A DNA stretch of 63,682 nucleotides, the filler included, from Sphacelaria rigidula (taxonomy: Eukaryota): the NCBI GenBank assembly GCA_964200075.2. It is 9 parts of 9 records of this genome, joined end to end, with 100 filler letters (N's around TTAATTAATTAA, not from the genome) between each part and the next. Parts side by side here need not be neighbours in the genome. Positions count along the whole stretch, not along the records: positions 21,265 to 28,252 come from CAXNAA020017070.1; positions 28,353 to 35,338 come from CAXNAA020017071.1; 7 more parts are not named here. One strand, 5' to 3'. A model generated the notes under the pieces. That model saw only the letters and a program-made list of their open reading frames with translations, made no database searches and was not told where the DNA came from. Both the position numbers and the translations under genes were made by a program. Position 1 is the stretch's first letter. Each line of letters starts with the position of its first letter. Of this stretch, positions 22,483-34,752 are shown one piece after another.

Positions 22483-24399
22483 CTACCTTGCTCGCTTTTG
22501 CTCATTTTTGCCCTGATAAGACACGACCTCAGGACGGCAATGATGATGCGATCGTGCGGAGTACCGACAACGGAGAAACTTTTTCGCGCAGCTGATCTTT
22601 CATCGCGAAAAAACCGTGTATATCGGCCGTGACTGGACTCCTTTGAAACGGGGACAAGAAATAAATGCTCCCTGAGTCACAGACACAAACACCGCGCCCT
22701 TGGTTGATCCGACGAACCGCGGAGACGGAAATCTTTGTGGTTATCGTGCATTTCAAGAGAGGATGCAGATTCGGGCTAGAGTATAGTGGTTGATGACGAG
22801 CGGCCTTTTGTGTGTCTACTACTTGACAAAAGTCTGCCCACTAGGTCATCATCGCTGACTGAGCGGTCTAGGACGGGGGTTCCTCAATAGCTGGCAAAAT
22901 AAGCACCGAGGTCAGTTCCCGCGACAGTAGTACTGGCGAGGGGAATTGATCATTGGAGATGCCACCGGAGAGTCTTCGAGCTTAAGGGTTTCAATTTTGT
23001 TCGATGAAAAACAAATCCACCACTACATCACCCAGTCAGCGCTGTGACGGCGTGGTTAAGTGAGGAGGGATCCTCCCAACATCAGACATGTTCGTGTGAC
23101 TGGTAATACTTCTGTTGTGTGGCTGACGACCTTTTGGATGTAGTGACGACTGCCGCATCATTAGGAAGGGTGTATACATCACTCCCACACCCGTGGTTGT
23201 AAAGAAGTGATAACCGGCCGTCACTGCCGGATAAACGTTGTCAAAACAACGTGGTTGTAATGGGTCGGAGGATCGCGTGCTTAGGGGACTGCATCGCGGT
23301 TCAAAACACCTCATGATCGATGATTTTCGAAACCAATCGTACCAGTCCCTGCAGTAATTACGTCCCTGACCCTAATCCCAACACCAACCCCGATACTAAC
23401 CCTAAGCCTCACCCTGAGGATCTTTCGATTCCGGTGCGGTCTACTAAGCAAACGGTCCTCCCACGCATTACACTGGTGGCTGAATATCTCGCCAGCTCTA
23501 CTCCTCGCCGACTTTTGTCTTGAGTTTACAAATTGTCGCGCCACAACCTGTTTCCCTGGCTCTACTTGTAGCATGGCGTCATGTCTGAAGCTAGTGCGGC
23601 ATCATGCCGGGTGTTTTCTCTGGACTGATTCACCTCTGATCCGACGGCAGTACGGCATTTATTTCTTGTTTTCACTCCTCCCGATTTGGGCGTCCTTTTC
23701 TCGAGGTTTATTTGGCGAGATTTTCCCTATGTGTACCTCGGGCGGGTTCCACAGTAAAGCTGATTATTTTTTGCGAGTTTTTCAGAACGCGGCGAAAAAT
23801 GGGTCCTAAGCTCTGACATTGGCACCAACTTCCATTAGATCACAAGGATGATAAACATATACATATATTTATATTATATCGTCCTCGTGGTGGTAAATCT
23901 GGGCAAACTTCGCCTCCGTGGCCCCCCCGAGAAAAATATAAACCCTTCCGAATCGTATAAAAATTCAAGGAGGACTAGTGTAACATTGCTGCACACATTT
24001 CTAGAGTAGTAAGAAATGAAAACCAAACATTTCTGCGCTACTTATGCCTATTCAATGTTTATTGTAGAAAATGGGGATAACCTGGGACAAAATTTCGATG
24101 ACAATGAAATATCCCTTCCCCGGGAATACGTTCCACATGTTGATTCAAGCTCTGTGAACTTCATGCTAGGGTAATTTTGGGTCGGGGGTCACGAGTACAT
24201 AATAATCAGAATTACCTCGTTCGGCAATGCAACCGACTCATAGGTGTACAATTGCTGGGCTTTCGTGAGCCATTTCAAGATTTCCGAGAATTTGAAATCC
24301 TCTTCCGGGAGTTTTTGACGGAGTAACTTTCTGAGTGACTCTACCCCTCCTATTCCGGCCAAGCCGAATCGATTGCCGCTGATTCCAAAAACGACAGAG

Positions 24400-24740
24400 T
24401 TCGCAAAGGCCTCGAACAAAAATATCGAGCCAAAGGTAAACTTTTGTTTTTTCGGGGGGGGGGGGGGGGGGGGGCGTGTTTAAAAAGAATGATTGGGGCC
24501 GTTCCTAAAAATTGGGGAAGAAGATTTTAATGAGTTTTTTTTTCCATCCCNNNNNNNNNNAGACAATGAAGTAAAGCCGAAAAGAAAAAAATTAGGGGTA
24601 AGTTTTTGTGGTTGGGTTGGGGGGGGGGGGGGGGGGGGGGAGGGCTTGTTTCAAAGGTAATGTTTGGGCGTTTCAGGACAAAGTACGAAGTCGATTTTCA
24701 TCATTTATTTTTTCGAGCCCGGAGAGCCCATTTTTCTTGA
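24400..24740. repeat. poly-G-flanked dispersed repeat spanning a 10-N scaffold gap (24551-24560)
   Basis: Motif CGAAGTCGATTTTCAT shared with ~58229-58244; long G runs on either side of the gap. Confidence 0.5.
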
Positions 24741-26703
24741 GCTCGGAACCCGCCCTCGATACGTCTGTGTGGTGATGACCACTGCTGGTTTCGTAGCGGG
24801 TATATTCATCGTGCACACCAACCAACGATCAGTCAACGGAACTAGTGGAATGGCGGGACTACCTAATGAGGATGGCGCAAGTAATAAGGCGGAGCATTTG
24901 TAGTATCCCTTCGTTATTTATGGCTTATGCTCCGCCTACTGTGCATCCTGTATCGTGATACCATACGGTACGACATGGTGGGCACTGTACTACCTACCGT
25001 AGCCCACTATCCTTCTGTACAGGAATCATGTTGAACACCTCATTTATGACGTTGTTACACAACGGGACGAAGTACGACAATCCCTCAACCATCGCAGTCT
25101 TACACGAGTAACACTCTCTCCGGGACAGAGGGCGCAGCGGTAGACGACAATACTTCTCGTGAGGCGAAAAATGACTCGCGTGCCGCAGATGGCGCATTCA
25201 TCTTTGTCCCTTCTTGCTTGCAATGTTATTGACATGAGTGTCGCTTTCACCTCACGACTCTTTCACCGGCCACGTCCGGAGGGACGGACGTACCCGCCCG
25301 TTTTTACCGACCAGAATATTGCTTCGGGAGGTGAGCGTATGGTCGATGTACTTGCAAAGCTCAATGTGTGTGTTTGTGGTACTATTCGACCTCAACGAAA
25401 ATTAAGTACTGCTGCATGCTGTGCGGCCAGTACACGCTCCTAACTGGCCGATACTCTTTTCGGAAGACATGATTTATGTGGAGGTGCTTGTCGCGTTGGT
25501 ATCAACATGAAGAACTGAATACTTCTTAAAACCATGAACGTGTCCCCCGCAAGTGTTTGTGACATGGTTACGTCGTTCGGCGCGTCATGACCTGTAGATT
25601 GTTACGTCGAGCGGCTATGCATACTGTCGACAGGCGACGGGGCTGGACGCATCAAGAATCACCGCAAGCAACGATTCACCGCAAGCGAACGAAACCAGTT
25701 TTTTCACGAGATTGCATCTGCATGATTGATCGCGATATGAGAGTGTCTCATCCACACTCAATCACCCGAACTCCGGTCAGTAGCTCAGTAGACTGAGCAG
25801 CGCGCGAAAACACCTCCGTGGACACAGCCGATGTAAGCACCACCACAATCGTCACCACTGTCAAGACGGTAACTACTGTCACCGCCGCCAGAACAATTAT
25901 CACTGCCAAGACCATAACCATGACCACGACCACAGTTTGACGACGACAAGACACGGCAAAGGTTGAGGGTTGCCATTTGTTTGCAATGTGGGCGAGAGGC
26001 GTTTTCACTGGTGCCCGTTGTGGGCAAAGAATACACACACAACAAAGTGATGCCGACACCCACCCCCTCACATACACACCAACCAGCCCCAAACCTGTCT
26101 GGGAGAAAATCTCCATATTGCGCCTGATAGCTGGTTTCAGACTACGTGAAGCGCCTCATCCCAAGCGTTGGAGTTCCCGGGTGCTCAATGTGCTCGATTT
26201 ATGTCATTTTGATTTGCACGCAAATTTGCCCCCCAGACCAGCCACTTTTTCTGGGAAAGGCTATCGCGGTATCACTCAATATTCCGTTTTTTTGTCGGAC
26301 TGAATAAATGATGACCTCGTGCGAGTCAGTTTCACGGAACAACCACGACTTAAACCTATCGTTCGTATACGTAGGCAATCTGCTCATGAATTCATTTTTC
26401 AAGAGAAAATTATGTTGACTCAACAGATGACCTCTGCTCGCGGTCAGAGGTTGAATTGACATCGTTGAACGAATCACGACGACGACCAACACGATTTTAA
26501 TAATCATCACCAACAACCATAACCAACACCACAAAAAACAAACCACGACAATAACAACCACAACGAAAACAACAGCTCGAAACCCATAAGGAGCACCCTC
26601 ACAATTGACGGGGCGACGACGGCATTCGCGTAGGAACGAGACACCATTATTTGCTCACACTAATGGCTTCGCTGCACAATCTACCCCTCAAGACTGATCA
26701 TAG

Positions 26704-26839
26704 CGGGAGGCTGCGGTGGAATGGTCAACATCACCCTGTACGTCTCGAACTTGACTACGAAGTTGTCGCGATGTCCACAGAACAGTACACGGTTCTTCGT
26801 GGGGGAATCGTCGATGCCCAAGGCCAACTGCTCATGCAG
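26704..26839 (+). CDS. possible isolated exon of an unknown gene
   Basis: catag|..GRLRWNGQHHPVRLELDYEVVAMSTEQYTVLRGGIVDAQGQLLMQ|gtattc; protein-like composition, no family recognised. Confidence 0.3.
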
Positions 26840-26864
26840 GTATTCATATGACGTGGCACCCTTT

Positions 26865-27282
26865 GACAGACAACTCTATCAAATGAGGTTGCATAATGAA
26901 ATGAGGTTCAAGCCCAAATGAACGCTGTCTCCACACTTTCAGCGACGGATCTCAATGGCGTTTTTGTCGGCCTCATGCCCCTCGATCGGGAAGATACTTT
27001 TCCAGCGCATTTTTACCGACTCTGTGAGCTTACAGCGCTGACCGAAACCGCCGTTCCCATGATATCACCCCGCCCCCCTGAACGATCGAGGGATTTGACG
27101 GTTTCGGTCAGCGCTGTGAGCTCACAGAATCGGTAAAATACGCTGGAGAAGTATCTCCGCGATCAAGAGGCATGAGGCCGACAAAACCGTCATCGGGTGC
27201 CATCGCTGAAAGTGTGGGGAAAGCACCGTCTCGGTCTTGAACCTCATTTCATCGTACAACCTCATTTAAAAAAATGTCCGTC
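26865..27282. mobile_element. foldback MITE (~190-bp arms)
   Basis: AAATGAGGTTG...GAAATGAGGTTCAAG...CAGCGCTGACCGAAACCG pairs with CGGTTTCGGTCAGCGCTG...CTTGAACCTCATTTC...CAACCTCATTT; termini resemble 12690-13117. Confidence 0.8.
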
Positions 27283-28252
27283 CTTCACTGCCTCACTTGA
27301 TGGATTCAACTATGAAGAGGTGTCGAACGAGGTGTTGATGAGTTTACGCCACAAATTTTCCAGGTTATGGTGGTAGTGCACTTTGATTTGACGATCACAA
27401 AGCAAGGTTGGTATGGGCGGTTTCGATAGTAGTACCCAGGGTTTATTCTGCCGTATGCATCATCTCCCCCATGTTTTGTACCTCTTGTCGGTAGCCTTTC
27501 AACAGACACGTATTCATATCAAGTGTACATATATATGAGAATCACTCACCTGCTCCCACGCATTCTACACTTCTTGGGGCTTCGAAAGTTCCTAAAGATA
27601 CCTACCGTAGGCAAACCAACAGCATCCATGTCATACAGGGCGGCACGAGGTTGACGAGGTGCCCTGAGCTGGCCTAGAGCCGGATATCTAGTTCGAAACG
27701 ACGTTTAAAGGAGGGTGAGACACCTTGGCTTAGACACCTTGGCTCTGGTTCTACAGAGGAAATGAAACGTTTTTTTTCCAGGTCCTGTTCAGGCTTGAGT
27801 TCCGTATGTGCGTTTTTTTGCTTGAAATTAAGGTCCTCTTTTTTAATTGTCGGCTTTTATTTTTTGAAGCCCCACCTTAAGCTGTTTTGGCGTAAAGTAG
27901 GCGCGCTTTATGCGCCTTATTCCCGCCCTTGTTGTGGTGTTGTTGCAGTATGCTCTCACGAGGCGCCCCTTCTAGCATGAGGACGAGACCACGAGATGGG
28001 AAGTTATGGTGTTTTTGTAATTGATAAATGAGGCTTTTCACCAGTCATCGAGTTTGAAGGCCACAATCTGCGCACCTACACCCTAACCCACGTGCGAAAA
28101 GGACGAATAATAAATGCCACTGCGCCAGGGGGCAGCGAAAAAACAAATTCAGAACACGTAGGCCCCAAGATCGAAAATTCGAGTTTTGAGGGGCGGGAGG
28201 GGGGTAAGGAGGGGGGGGGGGGTATTTATTCGTTGCTTGCCTGAGGCGTTTG

Positions 28253-28352
28253 NNNNNNNNNNNNNNNNNNNNNNNNNNNNNNNNNNNNNNNNNNNNTTAA
28301 TTAATTAANNNNNNNNNNNNNNNNNNNNNNNNNNNNNNNNNNNNNNNNNNNN
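28253..28352. other. artificial contig linker
   Basis: N44-TTAATTAATTAA-N44. Confidence 0.98.
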
Positions 28353-29104
28353 ACCCAGGCACACGCAGCCCAGACACGCGGAATGGCGCAAAAGTTACGT
28401 GGATACCCCTTGGACCAGCGATCAACTTTTCACTCCCTTTTGGGCAATCAGGCCGAAGAAATGGTGAATTTGGTGATTCCTAGTCGTGATGATTCGTCCT
28501 AACCGAACCATGCAAGTGCGTTAGGTTCGATAACATGCCGTCGAGCACTTTGCTCTGTGGGTGCGATTTGAATTCGGAGGGAGGGGCGGGGAGGGATGTA
28601 CTTATGATCATGGGGGGGGGTTGCTTCATTGAAAAGAAAAGAACAAAGCAAAACGACGACAAGAAGAACTGCGTCACGACATTTTTTTCAGTATAATAGT
28701 ACCATGGTGTCTAAATACGCAGACTTGTCGGAACAACGAGTGAGGGAAACATGTGAGTGGGGGTCCAGAGAACAGTCTAGAGCGAGAATATGCCCCGATG
28801 TTTAGCCTGCGATTTTTTACCTGCACGCGTCAGAAGTTTCAAAAATATCATTTTCGACGAAGCAAATAGAACGAGAAGGTCCTTCCCTACCTTAACTTCC
28901 AACCATTGATACTACTCGTCCGGAATTGGCTTTCCGCACTATCATTATACCTCGAGAAGCTATACCGGCCGCATCAGAACAAACCACCGAGGAATAGTGT
29001 GCTAACCGTACGTTTTTCCCGCCCCTGAATGGATCGTCGTAATCTCTCTGTCGGGCTCTCTGTGTTTCCGTGTGTTTCACTGCTGAAATTGGTGACTGTC
29101 TCAG

Positions 29105-29185
29105 CCGGAGAGAAAAGGGAACAGGATGCTCGTGTGTGACACTTGCGATGCGGAGTACCACTGCCGATGCCTTGGTTACGCGGAG
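29105..29185 (+). CDS. PHD-chromo-QLQ-PDZ-like protein, exon a (PHD finger middle)
   Basis: cag|PERKGNRMLVCDTCDAEYHCRCLGYAE|gtatgt: CxxC-x4-H-xx-C of a C4HC3 PHD finger. Confidence 0.88.
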
Positions 29186-29577
29186 GTATGTACTTGATAG
29201 TATATGGTACCCTTCATCTGCATGGAATGGGATCTTTAGGATCTAGATTGATTTCACGCGCTTGGCGGCTGGAGTATAGCCCAATTCCTTCACAGTGTCG
29301 AAACCAAATACCAATACACAGCGTTTCAAGTCAAAATGATCGTGGTGTTGGGTACAGAGTGTAGTGTGTATATCTTTGTGCTATTCCTCTATGCAGAGAT
29401 GAAGAGATGCATCCAAACAATTCCGACGACAAGTGCACCAAACATTGGTTGGTGATGAGGATATTCATTTTGAGTGTTTCCCAAACATTAGTCTGATTGA
29501 TATTTGCGTATTATTTTGAATATCTGCTGTTGTATTCAGTTTTCATCGTGACGACTCTTACAGTTCCCTCCAAGTAT

Positions 29578-29878
29578 GCCGCCGCACCTCGTTTTGTAAC
29601 TGGTACGCGAATAGACAGTTGGGGCGGGAAGATGCCGGTTCGAGACCCGACATATACGGTTCTTCCCTGACCGCCCGCCCGCCCCCTTTGTTTATTCTCC
29701 GACGTTTTAGGACGTGAAGTTGTGAGCAGGAAAAATATCATGGGAGTTGACCCTGTGTGAGAATGCTGGTCTAGTCGGTGACACGAAAATGTTGGACATG
29801 CACAGGGGAGAAGTATGGGCTGGTCTCTGGGAGTTACGGTATGGACTCGTTCCGAATAGGGGGAAGGGTTCGAAGTAA
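29578..29878 (+). mobile_element. diverged tRNA-headed SINE with shared core, intronic
   Basis: GCCGCACCTCG head, B box GGTTCGAGACCC, core-like GAGTTGACCCTGTGTGAGAATGCTG and 3' block GGACTCGTTCCGAATAGGGGGAAGGGTT. Confidence 0.5.
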
Positions 29879-30519
29879 GACGAAATATATACATACTTGC
29901 GCACATACACAGATGTAAATTATTTTTCTCGTGTATGTCATGGTCAATGGCTCCGGTTTCCTCCTCGGAAATGATGGGAATTCGATGATGATTCTAGTGG
30001 AGCACGATGTTTACTGCCTCATTTTTTTGTGCTCCGTTTACGATATGCACAGGCTAAACACCACAGCAATTCGGAGATTGGTTTCAGACGGCAAGCGAAT
30101 AATGGTACGAGTATGTCAGTCACTCTTTCCTTGAAACCAATGCCTTATACCGCGCGCAACGTGCCTCCAAGCACAATCCCGGGTGGTATGATGTTTTCTT
30201 CACTCGTCGCACTTTGAACCCCTCCCCTTTCTCGGTACGAGTCCGTGGTCTCAAGGAATCAAGCCATCCCTCCTCGGTTCAAGGAAATAGCAAGTGATAC
30301 TCGTGCCACTATTCGGTGGCCGTCTGAAACTAAAGTAACCTGGGAGCGACTTAACCTATTTCTGAGCACTCTGAGTCGCATCGTGTGTGCATGATGACAC
30401 TTTTCGAGACAGTACATCGTGAAAACCCCGTCCCGGTTGCTAGTACGTCGCCTCTGCGTTGTTTTGCTTACATAGAGTGGTCTGTGGTTGTCGTCGTCGT
30501 CGTCGTCGTCGTGTCGCAG

Positions 30520-30642
30520 GTGCCGAAAGACAAACAGTGGCTGTGTCCGGTGTGCACAGTCATGCTTCACAAGGGCCAGACGCTTTTCTCGCACCAGACC
30601 GAGGTTGAGAAGGCCAAGAGGTCGCAATACCCCCCACCGACG
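30520..30642 (+). CDS. PHD-chromo-QLQ-PDZ-like protein, exon b (PHD end)
   Basis: cag|VPKDKQWLCPVCTVMLHKGQTLFSHQTEVEKAKRSQYPPPT|gtgcgt: VP...WxCPxC completes the PHD. Confidence 0.88.
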
Positions 30643-30958
30643 GTGCGTTTGTATGCTTTTCAGCAGACCTCTTTGCCTCTGTGCGCCTAAATTTCTGACG
30701 TCCGTACTAAAAATGATAGAAAAGCATGGAATTATCCCGCTAGTATTTGCCACTCCTCCACACCGTGTGTGTGCATGTGTGCGTGTGTTTTCTCACCGAA
30801 CGCCGTTAATCTCTGGCTGTCGTGGTCCGTGTGGATCGCACTTGTGTTCCGTTCTGCTCACCCGTGCGTTGTATCACTGTATGTCATGTTTCTGCTGAGG
30901 GTGCAATGCGAGGTGACGTGTTCCGTTTTGTCTTCTTTTTTTTTCCATCTCCACCCAG

Positions 30959-31042
30959 GTGGAAGTCATGGAGGTGCAGAAATACTTGGTCAAGTGGAGC
31001 GGCTTGTCCTACCAGTTTTGTACTTGGGAAGACCGAGAAGAG
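30959..31042 (+). CDS. PHD-chromo-QLQ-PDZ-like protein, exon c (chromodomain)
   Basis: cag|VEVMEVQKYLVKWSGLSYQFCTWEDREE|gtgaat: YLVKWxGLxYxxCTWE chromodomain signature. Confidence 0.9.
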
Positions 31043-31960
31043 GTGAATTGGAGAATGACCAGTGGCTAGCCCTATTCCGTTATACACTTCGGCAATGATC
31101 GAAATATGCAGCAACATGAAATCTCAGAGGTTGGAAATCTTGAAAGTGATGCATCACAGGTTAGCAGTAAAGATATTCTCCTCTTCAGTTCATCCTCATT
31201 CAAATATCTTCTCCGAAAAGGGCTCGCTCCGAATGTTGTGGAGTTAATGGTATGCTTATGGAAATATATGAAGGGCACGCAGTGAGCTGCGAGTAGCCGG
31301 CCACGATAAAACTGACTCGAAAAGAAGGCGCTCTCTCATGAGTTTAGTTGAAGCAAGTCGGATTGAGACTTGAAATTTGATGGATTTTTCGAGAATCAGT
31401 TCAACTGGGTATTCGCGTCATCGATCTTGGGTAAGTGTGTTATTTGAGGTGACGGAACGTCGAAAGAGAGTAGACACGTGTTTTGTTCTCATGTTACCGT
31501 TGTCATCGTCATCGTCCATATTTATCGCTAGTCCCGGCAAGACGGTTCATTTGTTTGCCAACACCCCGCAGCACATTTAGTGAAAGCATTGCCCCTGACG
31601 ATCTCGCGTGGTTTGTCGATGTTGCCTCATCGTGTGTTGGTGGATATGCTGAGGTGTCATGCTCAATTTGAAACAAGAATAACTGAAAACGCATACCATG
31701 AGAGCTGAAAAATTATGGAAAGAAAAATGTTTGTGCTCCACAAAGAAATTTGAATGTTCAAGTTTGCCATAGATTAATTTTCCTTGTGCTGCACGAATTG
31801 TTTTGCGCACATCGTAATTTGATTCTGCTCTGCTGCTCAGCGTATTTGTTCGCTCCCTGCCTTGCCTTGCCTTGCCTTGCCCTTCTTTCTGATCCTTGAA
31901 CACCTTCCGACGTGATGTCGTGTTCCGTGCATTGTGCTTTTTGCTTGGTGCTTCGGGCAG

Positions 31961-32035
31961 CTCAACAATGACGACAAGATAGAGCAGTTCAAACGCCTCA
32001 ACGATTCTCCGCCCGTCAGTCCTCCCATGTCCGAG
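31961..32035 (+). CDS. PHD-chromo-QLQ-PDZ-like protein, exon d (chromodomain helix)
   Basis: cag|LNNDDKIEQFKRLNDSPPVSPPMSE|gtatat; phase 0. Confidence 0.82.
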
Positions 32036-32530
32036 GTATATTTCAGTACACCAACTTGAGCACCGTGTTGATGTGTTCGCGGAATAGTGCCGACGAAAAT
32101 GACCCCAAACACATACAGCCTTTGCGCTTGGAATAATCCGCACTTTTTTTTTTCCTAATCGCAATCAGCAATCGCAAAAACTGTGGACAACTCGATTAGT
32201 TTCAGGATTTGTGTCTCAAGTTTGGTTGTGGTCGACGTGGCGTCACCTTGTCACCTTGTCGCCTTGCGCGCACCAAAAGTTTTGCCAAAGTGTACCGTTA
32301 TTCCTTTGAGACGGTAGGATTAGGCATTCCGAGGTGCCATGATACGCATTATCGTCATGAAATATGGCACTGAGTATAAGGCATGAATTTGGCCATAATA
32401 TAAGCACCTTCCTGGAGACACCAACTGTGTGGTTTTCATATTTGGAGAGTTATCGTACTGTTCGATTTTTCAAGCTTTGTTTATACGCGTGAACGTCATC
32501 ACTTTTATTTTTTTGCGATTCCATCTCCAG

Positions 32531-32632
32531 GAAGAGCTGTCCCGCACGCTCTCTCAGACCAACCACGATGTGCTACCGGCGCTTATGGAGCCAAGTGCCG
32601 TGCTGGAGTACAGCGCGCAGATCTACAGTCAG
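32531..32632 (+). CDS. PHD-chromo-QLQ-PDZ-like protein, exon e
   Basis: cag|EELSRTLSQTNHDVLPALMEPSAVLEYSAQIYSQ|gtacgt; phase 0. Confidence 0.82.
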
Positions 32633-33047
32633 GTACGTGCCTTCGCTGTTCCGATCATCTTGTTGCGCGATTCTCTCAGGGGGTCGAGCACAAACCAAGA
32701 GTAATTTTGTCGTATTCCATAACTCAGCGCAGCTTTCACGTCAGCATTCAACTCCAAATAGTCACACGGGAAACATCTTCGAATGGGTATCAAATCAACG
32801 TATGCAGCTTCGCCTCCATGTAACGAGATATATCTTTTCCCCATCGTTAACACACGGTCGCCAGTTGCGTACTTGTTTTTAGCAAGGATTACGCACACAA
32901 ACCAAAGCAGGACCGTCAGTCTATTTGTATGCTTCATTGTCCGGTCGTTCTTGGACGTTGAATGCTTGATCATTAAGATACCGTAAGCATGTTTGATTTG
33001 ACTCAACAAGGTCGCCAGAATCTGCAACCCCCCCCCCCGATATGTAA

Positions 33048-33354
33048 GCCAAACAAGGAGGAATGGGACGTGGTAGAGAGGGAAGTGCGGGACGTGAACG
33101 AAGGTGGCATGAAACCGTTTGATGCATTAGACAGTCATGAGAAAACGATGGCTATACTAGGAGATCGATGGTGGCCACAGACGGGCGAAACAGGACGGAT
33201 ATAAGATATGTGATTTTTTGTGTAATGTTCGGAAGAAACGTGGTGAACTCCTGAATGTTGGAAGTGTCTAAATTAGGAGTAGGAACGGTGCCCCGTCTCG
33301 AAAGGGATGCGTGGTTAATGGTCAAACGACTAAGGCAAGCAACGAATGAATACG
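33048..33354 (+). mobile_element. 5'-truncated C-tract-terminated non-LTR retroelement with 16-bp TSD
   Basis: TSD CCCCCCCGAT(A/G)TGTAA at 33032-33047 and 33355-33370; residual ORF ...KEEWDVVERE...EKTMAILGDRWWPQT; ends GGCAAGCAACGAATGAATACG. Confidence 0.8.
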
Positions 33355-33391
33355 CCCCCCCGATGTGTAACGACGTTTGATTGTGCGGCAG

Positions 33392-33487
33392 ATTCGAGCC
33401 TTTCATTTCTTGAGGCATGGGATGGCTCCCCCGACGGGGTTAATGAAGGAGTGCGGGAAGGCGGCGGCGACGTTCGCGTATCAACAG
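33392..33487 (+). CDS. PHD-chromo-QLQ-PDZ-like protein, exon f (QLQ-like)
   Basis: cag|IRAFHFLRHGMAPPTGLMKECGKAAATFAYQQ|gtaaca; with exon e gives SQIRAFHFLRHGMAPPTGL, resembling the QLQ consensus QIxAYKxLxxGxPxPxxL. Confidence 0.82.
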
Positions 33488-33758
33488 GTAACAGCAACAT
33501 ACTCCATTATAGCAATCTAATGCTGTCGTTCTTCATGTTATTATAGCAAAATATTTTCTTGCAAGGTTCAGACAAATAACGACTCGTCTGAAACTTATTG
33601 TCGTTATATACCTACTCGTAGTTATACCTGCCTAGATGAGATGTGCAACGCACATGTAGACAGCACGTCTTTTCTGTTCCGATTTCCGTTTTTTTGTCGC
33701 CCTTTTTTCTTCATCTCTCGTCACATTCGACTGCTCTGCGCGTCTCCATTCATGTCAG

Positions 33759-33923
33759 GAGGCGAAGGCTGCTTTGCCGGAAGGTGCTGCCCCCGACAGC
33801 TATCGTAGAGAGATTGATGCGCTCTTGTTCGATATGAAGAACGCTGTGAGCCACGGGAAGAAGTACGAACCCCCTTCCCGGTCGGACCTGCCAGCGCTCG
33901 AGCTGCACAATGCGGAGTATGAG
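33759..33923 (+). CDS. PHD-chromo-QLQ-PDZ-like protein, exon g (GC donor)
   Basis: cag|EAKAALPEGAAPDSYRREIDALLFDMKNAVSHGKKYEPPSRSDLPALELHNAEYE|gcaagt. Confidence 0.75.
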
Positions 33924-34752
33924 GCAAGTGGAGCATGACATGATGAATAGTTTCGTGAGTAGCTGTTGTGTGCGTGGATAACTTGTGTCGTTCCATACCT
34001 ATTTGGTTTGGCTTTTTGGTTGCGTGGCTGCTTGAACCTCGTCTGGGAGATCGTGAGATGTTCGGTGTTTGCGTTGAGTGCGAGTGTGTCATGTTGACCA
34101 ATTTTTTTCTTCCACAGTGTTTTTATTTTCATTTTCATCATAATGTATCTGTTTTGTTTTCGGAGGAAGGAGAAGAGGAAGGGCTTTCTGCTGAAGATGC
34201 ACGCTATCATAGGGTCGTACGGAGCTTGTTCCTTGTTTGGTTGCTCGCAAGTGGCAAACATGGCGCTTCGTACAAAAGCGTGCAATTATGGACCAATGGT
34301 GGTATGTACCTTGTGTCGGTTCGCATGCGAACCGAAACATGCAACATGACATTTGTCTGATAAAGGGGGTGCTTGCGTGGCATAGTTTTTTCGGGGTATT
34401 CTGTCGGATGGATCCATCTCAACATGAGCCCAAGGCGTAGGATGGACGCGGTTGACTTCAATGCGGTCGCTCGCCGTGCCGGTTATGCCATTTTAGTGGT
34501 GCAAATGGGCGATGTTCTCGCCACGCGATGTCGTGCCGAATGTTGGGAATGCTTCAAGGAGCTGCCGTCGTGGAGCGAATGGTGGTAGCATTGCGGTTTG
34601 CAAAAGTGTACGGTGGTCTGCTTGCATGGCGGGGGTTTTGCTCGGTTGCTATGCAACCCCGTTTTTTTTTTTTTGTTGTTGGCAGTTTGATTGCACAGTC
34701 GCACATCTTGTCTTGTTCCGTATGTGCGTGTGCTTGTATCATTATTACCCAG

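Noticed and set aside
23389-23417. Telomere
   Set aside because: Only a few degenerate CCCTAA-like units, internal to a contig.
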